NCBI GenBank assembly: GCA_026914245.1
Contig: CP110439.1
Coordinates: 6,634,001 to 6,698,000 of the forward strand
Length of the DNA stretch: 64,000 nt
Direction: 5' to 3'
DNA from: Puccinia triticina
Lineage: Eukaryota
Shown: piece after piece, positions 38,128 through 49,619 of the stretch
How the letters are laid out: each line of letters begins with the position of its first letter
How positions within the stretch are numbered: position 1 is the first letter of the stretch
Program-made: the position numbers and the translations under genes
Notes under the pieces: generated by a model
Database searches by the model: none
Seen by the model: the letters and a program-made list of their open reading frames with translations, nothing else
Told to the model about the DNA's origin: nothing

Positions 38128-39014
38128 TAGAGATCGCCAAGTGGACCCGGGTACCCATGGCGGGTGCGGGTACCTGCGGTCATTTTGGGCATATTTAGAT
38201 ACCCGGACTCGGACCCGGCACCTGTAGGGTGGGTACCGGAGGTACCCGTGGCGGGTATCACGGGTACTGCCTACGATTCAACCCTCTAGCCGGTCTATGC
38301 CAGCTTTGAGGGTGGTGTAACCTCTTTATGACAAACACAGACCGGTCATCAAGTGTGTATATACCCTCTCAATGCCTGACCTGGGCCGGGTATTGAGAGG
38401 GTGTATGTATACCCTCTTGATGTCCGGTCTGTGCTGGACACCAAGAGGGCATACAGTCTCGATGACCGGCTAAGACCGGAAATTGGGAGGGTATCCCTTG
38501 AAGCCGGCATAGACCGTCATCGAGGGTGTATATACCCTCTGGGTGCCCAGTCTGGGCCGGATATCAAGAGGGTATGTTTGTGTGTGAATTCTCAATGTCC
38601 GGTCTGGGCTGGACATCAAGAGTGGATGCCCTCTTGGTGTCCAGCACATACCGGACATCAAGAGGGCATTCATACACCCTCCCAATGTCCGCTCTGTGCC
38701 AGACATCAAGAGTGTATGCCCCCACGGTGTCCAGCACATACCAGACATTGAGAGGGCATACGTGCACCCTCCCGATGTCCGCTCTGTGCCAGACATTGAG
38801 AGTGTATGCCCTCTTGGCGTCCAGCATGTGCTGGACACCAAGAGGGTTAGGTTAGCGGGGGCCATGATTGCGCTGCAAAAGGTCTTCCGCGACTGCTTGT
38901 TTCCAGACCTTTTGCAGCGGGTACCTGGACGGGTACCCGCCATCCAAAATTTACATACCTGGACCCGCACACAGTACCCGCCAAGGGCTGGCGGGTACCC
39001 ACTGGCGATCTCTA
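38128..39014. mobile_element. Non-autonomous hAT derivative, 8-bp TSD GTGCATGG
   Basis: TIR TAGAGATCGCCA...TGGCGATCTCTA, GGTACCC subterminal repeats and an internal hairpin array. Confidence 0.92.
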
Positions 39015-39617
39015 GTGCATGGAAGGCAACCAGGCCACTGGTACCCACGTTATTCCAAAATATCTAGATCTCAAGGAACAGATTTCAGCCAAGTTGGATC
39101 AATCAACCTTGAATGACTCCTTGTATCCAATGTCCAACGCAATGCTCCTAAGGGTTGAAAAGTATCTAGACAAAGCTATGAAGTGCGAGACCCTCATTCT
39201 TGCAACTATCATGCACCCATGCTACCAAATGCACATCTTTGAGCTTGGATTCGGCGAAGCAAGTAGCAAAGTCATTGAGTGCCTCAATTTGCTCAACCAA
39301 AGGTTCTTAGACTACATGGCACAGTTGAAAACCGGCCCTGAAAATGATTCTGATATTACGGTCATTGAGAAACCCAAGAAACCAAAAAGCAACCGTCTTA
39401 CATCTTGGGTGACACAACAGGCAACTATGCACAAGGACAAAATAGAAGCATTCTTGAAGGCTGAACTTTTGTTCAAGGAAGGTGCTTTGGATCACAAAAC
39501 AACACCATTGAAATGGTGGAAGGCCAAATCAAAATCCTATCCAACACTATCTTGGATGGCGCGTGGGTACCTTGGCTGCTCAGGAAGCTCGTGTGCAGTG
39601 GAGAGGCTCTTCTCCGC

Positions 39618-40417
39618 TGTAAGACTCAAAAGTGGTTGTGAAACCCTTTTGCTGAATGGAGAAGGGGATGAAGGAGTTGCAAGCTCTGCCCTTTTATACT
39701 ACCAGCTACAAGACCCACCAAGCTCTGCTTGGCAAATTTTAATGTGGTGATAGGAGTGGATGCTCAAGATGAGTTTGTTCAATACACCATATAAAGAGTT
39801 GTTATTGATATATAAGGGTTGTTATGAGTATAGTTGTAATTTGTAAGTGTTGAGAGTACAAGGTGGTGAGTGAATCACTGATGAGTAATAAACTGAGGAA
39901 CAAAATTGGGGGGGGGAGAGAGCTCCTTATATAGACAAATGTGAGGGATTTTAGCTCCAGGGCAGCCCCAGTGAGGGATTTTTGCTTGCTTGGGCTGTGT
40001 ACAATTTATGCAAGGAGTGCATGCATGATGCGGGGAACAATGGCATGTGATGCAATAAAACCAAACAAAAGTGGAGGTGAAAGTTCTAGACTGCGGAGAA
40101 CAATGGTACAGACTACAGGGGTAGTGCTGAATGATGTAATGCAGATAGCAAACAAAGGCAAACTAATATATGCAGTGGAGATACCATGGAGTAGGGAAAT
40201 GTATGTGTATATTGGGGAATGACAGGGTGCTACAGGTTTTCCGGAGGGTCTAACTTCCAGTGCAGTGGGGCTCCAGTTACGCTTTCAGCGGTGACTAGCG
40301 GTTAATTTGGCTGTAGAATCTGATTAAGGGGTCTGTTTGGTTGTATCTTGAGGCCTTCTATGGGTGAAATGTACTAGTAAGAGAAAACTTTTGATTTTTC
40401 CCATTTTGTATACCATA
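39618..40417 (-). mobile_element. Solo LTR, family A, 4-bp TSD CCGC
   Basis: CCGC|TGTAAGACTC...TACCATA|CCGC. It is an inverted relative of 41356-42262 and 45482-47158. Removing it restores FSAASDVC. Confidence 0.88.
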
Positions 40418-40781
40418 CCGCTGCTTCTGATGTGTGCAGCAGTAGCCGGGGTAGCTTGCTCCCTTCCACTATGTCTCGCTCCGTCAGCAGCCTCATGTGG
40501 CTACGTGAAGGAGTGCCTCTTACAGGAGACTTTGCGGAGGTAGGGAAAGCATTGTCCACTGTAGTCCCCTTGACCTCAACCAAAAAATAAGAATATTTTA
40601 TTGTTTACTTCTATCAACCAGTAATGATTCCATTTTATTTCAGTAACATTGTATTTATTCCCTGCTCCAATAACGTAACAAGAGGGAATTCCAATTTTCC
40701 CAAAAAAAATGATAACGTATTGAGCCAGCGTTACCAGTAAAGGTAACGGTAACAATGAGGAAACTGTTACGTTATTGTTAC

Positions 40782-41227
40782 CAAGGGTGAAAGCGCTGCG
40801 CTTCAAAAAGCGCAGCGCAGCGGTTTTGGTGGCCGCTGCGCTGCGCTGAAAGTAGCAGCCCCACCCGCTGTGCTACCGCTTTTTGGGTCTGGCAAGAAGC
40901 GGGAACGCGCTACTTTCAGCGGTAGCGCAGCGGACCCATTGCTGCGCTACCGCTTTTTGACCTGGCCGCGTAGCGCTCCCCCACTGCCAGCCAAAAAAGC
41001 GCAGCGCAGCTGTTTTGGTGGCCGCTGCGCAGCGCTGAAAGGAGCAGCCCCGTCCGCTGCGCTACCGCTTTTTGGGTCGCGGAAAAAGCAGGCCCCTGCT
41101 AGAAAAAGCGGTAGCGCAGCAAGACTGGCGCTGCGCTACCGCTTTTTGGGCTGACTGCGCAGCGGTTCCCCGCTGCGCTGCGCTAAAAGACCGCTTTTTT
41201 GTAGCGCAGCGCAGCGTTTCAGCCTTG
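40782..41227. mobile_element. GC-rich MITE, copy 2, 7-bp TSD TTGTTAC
   Basis: TTGTTAC|CAAGGGTGAAAGCGC...GCGTTTCAGCCTTG|TTGTTAC. Confidence 0.88.
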
Positions 41228-41355
41228 TTGTTACGTTTTCTGTTACTGGTAACGTAACTTCCCAGTGTTGCTGCGCCCACACACAAGATATGATGAGCAG
41301 AAAGAAAGAGAGACTGACCAGATGGTTTAGTGGGTGATGTGGTATCAGTGCCCGC

Positions 41356-42139
41356 TGTGGTAGACGGAAAAGTGAACAATCAAAAGTTTTTTTTCTCATA
41401 CATATATTTACTCACAAAACGCCTCAAGATACCATCAAACAGACCTCAGAAATGGATTCTACGGCCAATTTTACCCCTAGTCACCACTGGAAGCATCACC
41501 TGAACCCCACTGGATTGGAACCTACACTTCTTTGGACACTGGACACCCATCACACGTTCAACATACTCAGTCACCAGCCTGTCACAAGACTCAAGTCAAG
41601 GATCACAGCATCATGCTTATACACATCACAGGATACAAACATACTTCTCCCCATCAGACTACAGTCATTACATATTATCAAGTACTCTTATATTTCTATA
41701 TTACAATGTCATCACACACTGACTCTGCAGCCTCAGACTTCATTTATGCGCCCCCTGCATCTACTTGTCAACTCATGCAGTCTACTGTCACTTTACGCAG
41801 CCTTCATGCAGCCCTTCTGCATTCTTATGACATCATTTATGTACCCCTGACACATTATAACATCATTTGTATATACTCTCACCAGCTAAAATCCCTCACA
41901 CTGTTGTCTAGATTAGTTGAAACCCTAACCCACAAGCCCTCTGGGGCTCCACTTTTGTCTATATAAGGAGCTCTCTCCTCCCCAGTTAAATCACAGTCAC
42001 CCCAACATTTACAGTTACAGCCTTACATATACTTAACAACCTACATACATAAACAACCCTTACATTAACAATAACAAAAATTTATTTAGTGTCATCAACA
42101 AGCTCATCTTGAACCAACCAACCCTATCACTTCATTAAA

Positions 42140-42171
<32 letters not shown>

Positions 42172-42262
42172 ACTTGATAGTATAGAAGCGCAGAGTTTGC
42201 ACCTCCATCATCCCCTTCTCCATTCAGCAAAAAGGGTTTCACAACCACTTTTGAGTCTTACA
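41356..42262 (+). mobile_element. Solo LTR, family A
   Basis: TGTGGTAGACGGAAAAG...GAGTCTTACA with flanks CCGC / CCCC. Confidence 0.8.
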
Positions 42263-42420
42263 CCCCTCTGTCAATTTGTTATGCGCCAGCACCGCCTGGA
42301 ACAGGTTCATTGTTTTTCTGTACTCCGGCGTGTACGCAATAGCCAACATCAGCCAATCCACATCCGCCTGCGGGATTGGTGTGATGTCCTTCCACAGATT
42401 GTCCTGGTCTAGTATGTTTG
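42263..42420 (-). pseudogene. RAM2: N-terminal fragment of protein farnesyl/geranylgeranyltransferase-I alpha subunit
   Basis: LWKDITPIPQ...LAIAYTPEYRKTMNLFQAVL resembles the conserved W.DV.PIPQ...I.Y..EY...M..FRA N-terminus. It ends at the LTR boundary. Confidence 0.65.
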
Positions 42421-43504
42421 GCCCATGCTTGTCTTTTCTATTTTTCAGTTTTCCCTTCTTGCTTGTGCTTCTCCAGTCCAATTTGAGGCTCCATGGGGCC
42501 GGATGATCAGTTCCATTCTCCAAGCTGCAGAGCTTTATAAAGATGACGGAGATAATCTGAATGTTTAAATAGTATACTGCCAGCCTTAGAGATATTACAG
42601 GTATCCAAAAGGCTGCAATAACTCTATAAAAAGGTGGCTTCGCCGCTGCAGGGGCCAGGGGGCAGTAGCCCATCCCCAACTGTCTCTCACCTCTCCCCAG
42701 TTCAAATATGTACTGGCCAGCTCTCTACATTGAAGAGGAAATGTGCCTGGGTGAAAGGGCGTGGGGCAGGAAAAGGTAAGAGTCTGACAACACTTCTCAC
42801 TAAATATAGATGATGGAGGAAAACCTTCTAACCTGGGAAAGACATTTTCTAGAACCCAAGATCAATTTTATTTCTAGCCAATTAGAATTATCAGTAGTAT
42901 CTTCTGCTTTACAATTAAGGATAATATGAAAATGAGGAACTCAAAAGGAACAATGGTGGAAGGAAGAATCATGAGAGAGAGAAAGGGAAAAGGCTTGCGT
43001 AGTTTAGTAGAAGAATGAGCTACACAGGAGGCAGGGGACCTAGGACTAAGAACTACAGTCAAGTTGATCATCTAAGCCTCCTTGATTGGTTTGCACGCGT
43101 GGGTCCTCCCAGAAAAATGTGGCAAACCTTCACTGTCATTGCCAAACTTGGTAATAATAGCCTTTGGTTTCAAAAAACTAATCCTCTCAAAGTGTTGTCC
43201 CCATTGCGTAATTCCACTGACTCTGCGCTAGCACTATGTGCACAGATTACAACCCAATCATCCCCGCCGACGCCTCCGGAGGCTACGCCTGTGAGGCCAA
43301 CACTGGAGATGGCGGCCGGGATGATGAAGGAGGCGACGCATGAGGCCCTGGAAGTTGAAGCAGCGTCAAAGACAGAGGTGCTGATGTCCTGGTCGTCAGA
43401 GACAGGTTGTAAGCAAAAGAACAGGAAGGTGGTCAGCAATCATCTGCTCATAGATTAGTAAACAAGGTGAGCCGGATGTGGAGTACAAGCAGCTGATCAT
43501 TCCA

Positions 43505-43680
43505 AAGCCCCTCTTTGTTTCCGCGAGCCACATTGGGGAGGGCCATGATCAAGCTGTAGTCCATCATGCTGAGGTCCTGGAGGAGGGTGTTGTCGCGCTT
43601 GAGCTGCTCAAACAGGCCGTTCTTTGTTGGGCCAAGCTTGATCCTGCAGCCCCGGCGGAGCAAGTTCAGGATCTTTAGCA
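43505..43680 (-). pseudogene. MSS4: Fragment of the PI4P 5-kinase catalytic domain
   Basis: KILNLL...IKLGP...LFEQLKRDNTLLQDLSMMDYSL...RGN matches the KDLN..LGP..QL.RD..L....MDYSL motif series. Confidence 0.7.
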
Positions 43681-44555
43681 ATGAACTTCGTTTGCTTTGT
43701 CTTCTGGATACTTCCAACGTCCGCAGAGCAATGAAAAATGACGGGACCTTTACTGGTGCCGACGGCCTTGGGTTGGGGCAGTAGGTGGCTGGTGGAAAAG
43801 GTGTCAACACCCTAGGCGTTAAAACACTGGATCTGGTGGGTAGCCCGCTGCGACTCGGCAATCAGCTGCAGCACATCTTTGGCCGTGGGGACTTGTCGAA
43901 GATGGGGCCATCCACTCTTAACTAATTTGGCCAATCTGGGGAGCAGGAAGGTCGGCTCGGGTAGCCCTCCTGAGATGGATGTTCTTGGGGGCAGGACTTC
44001 CGTCTTGGGCTTGTCGGGTGGCTTGTGGTAGGAGGAAGAGGCGGGTTGTTGAGGGCGGAGTCCGAGGGGAGATGGTTGACGGAGTCGGCCAAGTTGCCGC
44101 AATGTCCGTTGCGCAGATCATCCGTAATCTTCTTGGGCCCAGCCTGGTGCTGTCTTTGGATTGTGATGATCAGAACCACATCCATGTTCCCACCTCTGAA
44201 CAGAAATTTTCAAGGTCAACTTCAACGGGCCCTGCCTGGCAATGTAGCACCAGCTGCCCACCTGCTGGCTCGACGGGCCCAATGAGGGAGGGGCTTCATC
44301 CAATCAGAAACCGAACTGATCTTCAACGCATTCATGTGATCTTTGGTTTGTTCACATTGGTCCTTACCCTAGACGGGTCCTGGTATGCTCGTAGGGCCAC
44401 AGATTTTTGAATCTATTTATTCAGAAAGATATTATAATTTAAGCATTCAAAGTGAGCTAAATAATGACAAAAGTGTGAACAGAAGATAAGCATGTTCTTA
44501 CAGCTTGCTTTTGAATGGGTGATGATATGTCTTGGCACTGATTGAGCCATGATTC

Positions 44556-44914
44556 TGTTGTTGGCCAATGTGGTGATGGCAGAGATGAAGGTGATGAGAT
44601 GAATCATCCTCTGTGGCAGCAGAACACAGTGAGTGAGCGAGTTCGTGGAAGGATGATGTCATTGCAATGAAAAAGAGGAAAGGAAATGAGAACAAAGAGA
44701 AAAGGAAGAGAGAAAAAGAAACACTAACCTGTGGCAGCAGAACACAGTGAGTGAGCGAGTTCGTGGAAGGATGAGGAAAAGACTTCCACGTCTCTGCTGC
44801 CACAGGGTAACTACCTACAAGCTGTCACAGGCGTGAAAGATGATGGAAAGGTTTGAAGCATGAAACAGAAAAATAAAAAGGAAAAACATGAGACACAGAC
44901 GTGACACCTCAACA
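44556..44914 (-). mobile_element. LTR related to 37342-37841
   Basis: The minus strand begins TGTTGAGGT...ATGCTTCAAACCTTT and has a similar internal direct repeat. The left boundary is approximate. Confidence 0.55.
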
Positions 44915-45481
44915 GAAGGGGCAGTCGGAGGGAAGCAATGTTGCGGGGTTGGATTTCCAGCGTATGGTGTCCTTGATCCGGCGTTGCTTGGTCATCTCAA
45001 GATCATGGAATTCATGGGCATTCTCTGTGCACAAGCATGGTAAGGGTCTGAAATGCGCGACAATGCTGATGTGAATCTGAAAAGAGCCTGAGAAGTATCA
45101 CGTACAGGGCTGGCGAGTTAATGGGCAAGGCAAGGCAGTGCAAAAATCGGTGGCCCACCTTGTGGCGTTGGCGTCAAAGGGACATGGCAGTGGCACCACA
45201 ATGCCCAAACAGGTCGAAGTATAGGGTTGGTTTCAGCTTCCAGTAGCGCATGTCAGATGTGTCAACCAGGACGGCCAAAAGATCCAATCAGTAGCTAATG
45301 CCTCGCGGCTCAAAAATAAATTGGCAGCGTGGCGGTGGTATTGTTGTCAGGGATACATGCAAGCAAAGTCAAGAGAAGGATTCAAGGCAGGCTGGCTGGT
45401 CAATGGTGTATAAAAGGGGGGTGCTCTTGTGCTCAGATAATCCCCCAGGCGTCCTCTGCCGCTGTACTTCCAGCGTGCCGT

Positions 45482-47158
45482 TGTGGTAGACGGAAAAGTG
45501 GAAAAATAAAACGTTTTTTCTATGCCACATAATTACTCATACTAGGCCTCAAGATACCATCAAATGGACCCCAGAAATGGATTCTACGGCCAATTTTACC
45601 TCTAGTCACCACTGGAAGTACCCCTGGACCCCCTCTAGTGTGGAAGTTACCCCTCATGGACACCTATCACACGGCCAGCCCCAGTAACCCAGCTGTCACC
45701 GGCCTCAACCCAAGTTTCACAGTAGTACACTTATACACATCACAGGATACAAACATACATCTCCCTGTCAGGCTACACTCATTACATATTAACTACATAC
45801 ACTCATTTATATACATAGTATGTCATCATTTACACTGTTTCTGCAGCCTCAGACTTTGTGTATACACTAATTCCCCCTGTAGGACCCAGGAAAGCCCCTA
45901 TGGAACACAGTAACCTAAATTCCCATATTTTTGAAAAATTCATACATTTTTGGAGCTCATTCATACACGTTTTGTGTGTAGGTTCATAGCTTGGTCTAAA
46001 AATTCATACAAATTTTGTGCCTACGTTTTTTTGGGCAGCATTGATGCTGCTGCCAAGGGGGGGGGAGGTGGAGAGGGGGGGCAAGAAAAGAAAAAAACTG
46101 GGAACCAGACTGCTTTAACTGTTGAGGGGGGGGGGGGGGGGAATGGGGTCACTTGGGCAGGGTTAATAAGAAGGACAGAAAGTGGGATGCAACCTGTGGA
46201 TCAATTGGGTGGCACAGGGGGAGGTGGATTGATATACTTTGTATATACTTGTGGCGGTGGTACTGGAGCCCCAGCCGGAGGGTAGGTGAGTGTGGTACCG
46301 CTCCAGCCTAGAACTGTAGACTTGATTCAGACTGAAAAATCATTACAGACAAGGATTTCATCCTTAGCTTGAGCCCCTGATTCTCATAAATTTTTGGTTA
46401 CTACCCCCCTTGCCCTCAGAAAAAATTCATACAATTGAGGTGAGTACCTTTACCGGCCAAAATGACCATTCATACATCTGGGGTGCGTAGGTTTTTTGTT
46501 TTTTGACAAAAAAAAACATACATTTTGGTTACTGTGTTCCATAGGGGCTTTCCTGGGTCCTCCCCCTGTATGACAGCTCATGCAGTCTACTGTCACCTCA
46601 TGCATGCGTTAGAATGTTCTTTTGTATATTCTGACATCATGTATGCACCCCTGGCATGTTTAGAATGTTCTGTTGTATATTCTGACACCATTCATGCGCC
46701 CCTGAGGGGTTATGACATCATTTGTATCTACTCCCACCAGCTAAAATCCCTCACCCTGTTGTCTAGATTAGCTGAAACCCTAACCCACAAGCCCCTTTGG
46801 GGCTCCACTTTTGTCTATAAAAGGAGCTCTCTCCACCCCCAGTGGTCTGCTCCCCAGTTCCTCACCCAGAACTCACAAGTCACCCAACACTCATCCACAC
46901 TCAAATCCTAAAACCCTTATAGCAATAAATCAACCGTTATAACAACAATTCAACCCTTATAAGGAAGTAATTAAAACACTTACACATTGCCAGTCAAACA
47001 GATTTCATCTGGAACAGACCAGACCTATCACTTAATAAAACTTGCCAAGCTGAGCTTGGTGGGTCTTGTTGACTGATAACAGAAGGGCAGAGCTTGCAAC
47101 TCCATCATACCCTTCACCATTCAGCAAAAGGGTTTCATTACCACTTTTGAGTCTTACA
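45482..47158 (+). mobile_element. Solo LTR, family A, 4-bp TSD CCGT, inserted into the dispersed repeat and carrying a MITE
   Basis: CCGT|TGTGGTAGACGG...GAGTCTTACA|CCGT. The flanks rejoin to match 800-960. Confidence 0.9.
45881..46561. mobile_element. Non-autonomous DNA transposon, 35-bp TIR, 8-bp TSD CCCCCTGT
   Basis: AGGACCCAGGAAAGCCCCTATGGAACACAGTAACC and its reverse complement form the two ends. Confidence 0.88.
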
Positions 47159-47819
47159 CCGTTTGTCCTCAACCCCTTCGCTGTTGCACTTGCGCAGTTT
47201 GAGGGGCTAAACTTTTTGGCCCCCCTTTGCATAATGCCTTAAATGTGGCGCGCTGGGGGTCATCCTCTCACTGTTTTTTAAACCTGCTAGGCAGGGATGG
47301 ACGGTGGGCCACGGTGCATCAGCTTGCTGATGTTAGGTGGCTGGTTGCAGGTTTTTGTAAAATGGTGTTTTTTTGTTGATTTTGGCATTTGTAGAGGGAA
47401 AAACCTTCATGTTTTTTTTTTCTGAAAGTTGTAGAGGGAAACCCTTGATTTTTGGAGATTTTCAGGGGAAACCCTTGAAGTTTTGTTTTGTGATTCAGAG
47501 GCTTTAATAAACTTGGATTGTAAATACTTGTATATTGTTGCAGAAATGAATTCCTTGCCTTAGTTTGAGGGGGGTCACCCACTCAAAGTAACCCCTTATT
47601 CCTACTCCTTCATATACCACCTGTGTCACAAAAATTCTTTGGCATCAAACCGTTGATATGTATGTCTACATTTTTGGCTTAAATCCAAAAAATAGGTGGA
47701 GCTGACACGGTCAGCTCCACTACAGTCAAAATTGGATGCTCCAGAGGGATGGCCATTGGTCCGATAGGTGTGAGATGTTCTAAAACAACATTTATTGCAA
47801 CCACACACCATAAATGTCT

Positions 47820-48115
47820 GGCTCAGTCAGTACCCATTTACTCCCAGCGCACTCAGCTCTGGTCTCAGCTCACCCAGCTCTACTCACCCACCAAAAATAT
47901 CCAGCTCTGTCAGCTCCTCCCAGCTCACTCAGCTCTACTCACCGACCCAATGTATCAAGCTCAGTCAGCTCCTCCCACCATCCACTCCCAGCTCACTCAG
48001 CTCTACTCACTGACCCAATATGCTCAGCCAGCTCCTCCCGCCAGTCACTCCACGCTCACTCAGCTCTACTTACCCACCCAAAATATCCAGCTCAGCCACC
48101 TTGTCCCACCAGCTA
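47820..48115. repeat. Degenerate tandem repeat (CAGCTCACTCAGCTCTACTC)
   Basis: The motif repeats with ~60-bp periodicity. Confidence 0.7.
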
Positions 48116-48178
48116 CAACCAATGTTGTATCCACTACATCTAGTGCAGTGGAGGCTCATGTGTCACTCCACTAACCGG

Positions 48179-49462
48179 TGTGGTGTGCCAAATGTGTTTC
48201 AAGTATCAAATCACATAAATTCACAGTTTAATATTGAGAAGGAGACATATTTCTAGATGTATTATTGCATAATTGGATTCTACAGGTCATTTAACCCCTA
48301 GTCACTCACTGGAACCACTAGGCTAGCTGCACTCAGTCAAAAGTTACTAGTATTATACTGTGTTCATAAGCATAATTACATACTGTAGAGATATCTTGAT
48401 AGTACATAGTATAGAATTAGACTGAAGGACATATTTATAGTGTATGTAGTGGCGTGGTTTGGCTCTGCCCATGGCATGGTTTCACCTGTGGACAACTCCA
48501 TGATTGTTGTTTGGCTCCACCCACGCACCACGGCATGGTTCCACCTGTGGACACCTCCAGGGTTGTTGTTTGGCTCCACCCACGTACCACAGCATGGCTC
48601 CACCTGTGGACACCTCCATAATTGTGTAGGCGCCATGGACACCACCACCTGGACACCACATGGACACCACCACCACAACCACGTGGATACCATCACCACA
48701 TGGACACCTGTGTGATGGTCACACCAGCAAAAATCCCTCACAAGGATCCCCACCAGCAAAAATCCCTCACATCTACTATAAAAGGAGGAGATTTTCCCTC
48801 CTCAGTTTTCAGCATGCCACTCAGGCAATCCTAACCAGAACACACATCTCACTCAGAGTTACAAGCCTCATCCACATAAATCCAGTAGTGTGATCTCAAT
48901 CAAGTTGCCCATCAACATCTTTCATGCCTCAGAGTAGTTCTAAGTAGTCAAGTAGCTAGCATCACCCACTTGTGCTCTTAACAAGTCAAAGTGATCTTAA
49001 CCCATTGTGCTCTTAACTGAAGTTTAAGGAAGAGGGCAAAGACACTTTGAATAGTTCACATATAACATCAGTTCTCTCAGAAGTCTTGTATCAGTTTATC
49101 TCCACTTTCATATCACAAACATATCAAACCATTTAAAACATATCTTACGTTTAGGCTCATTTCCATTATCTGACTCAAGGCTGCTGTAAACCACTCTAAC
49201 TCCATTTCCCATACAAAATCCACTTTCTGCTGAATTCAAGTTTGATCTAGGTCTGATAAGAGACTGCTGCACATAGTTTTCTCTATCATTAGTTTGCCAC
49301 AACAATAAATAAATTTGTTGTGATAGCTCTTGTGTAGTATCATAGAGGGGCAGGTCTTTCAAACCACCCGTAACAGTTGTAATAGATTCTTACATCTTTG
49401 AAATATTATAACTGGTATTTCCCCCTCGCAGAACTGCCACCCGTCCCAAAGGAGTTCTCACA
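48179..49462 (+). mobile_element. Solo LTR (family B), 4-bp TSD CCGG
   Basis: CCGG|TGTGGTG...TTCTCACA|CCGG, TATAAAAGG at ~48777, and internal ~60-bp repeats at 48455-48620. Confidence 0.8.
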
Positions 49463-49619
49463 CCGGCACAGTGGCCAGACCCTTGCACATTTGTTCTGCT
49501 TGAAAACAAAGAATAAAGGCTGCTTTTTTATGTAGTGCAGTGGATAAACTATTGCTAAAACTACATCTGACAGGTGAATAAAATGAAAATGAAGGAAAAT
49601 GCGTGTGTAGATTGCAGCT

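Larger units (their letters stand above)
35021..41270 (+). mobile_element. hAT element with both ends, a transposase pseudogene and four direct insertions; 7-bp TSD CTGCGCC
   Basis: TIR CAACAGTGGGAAGTTACGTTAC / GTAACGTAACTTCCCAGTGTTG. Motifs DVWTTK, TTDSGSNN, IRCFCHK, GI|RWN, LATIMHP, WWK and AVERLFSA|ASDVC. Confidence 0.88.
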
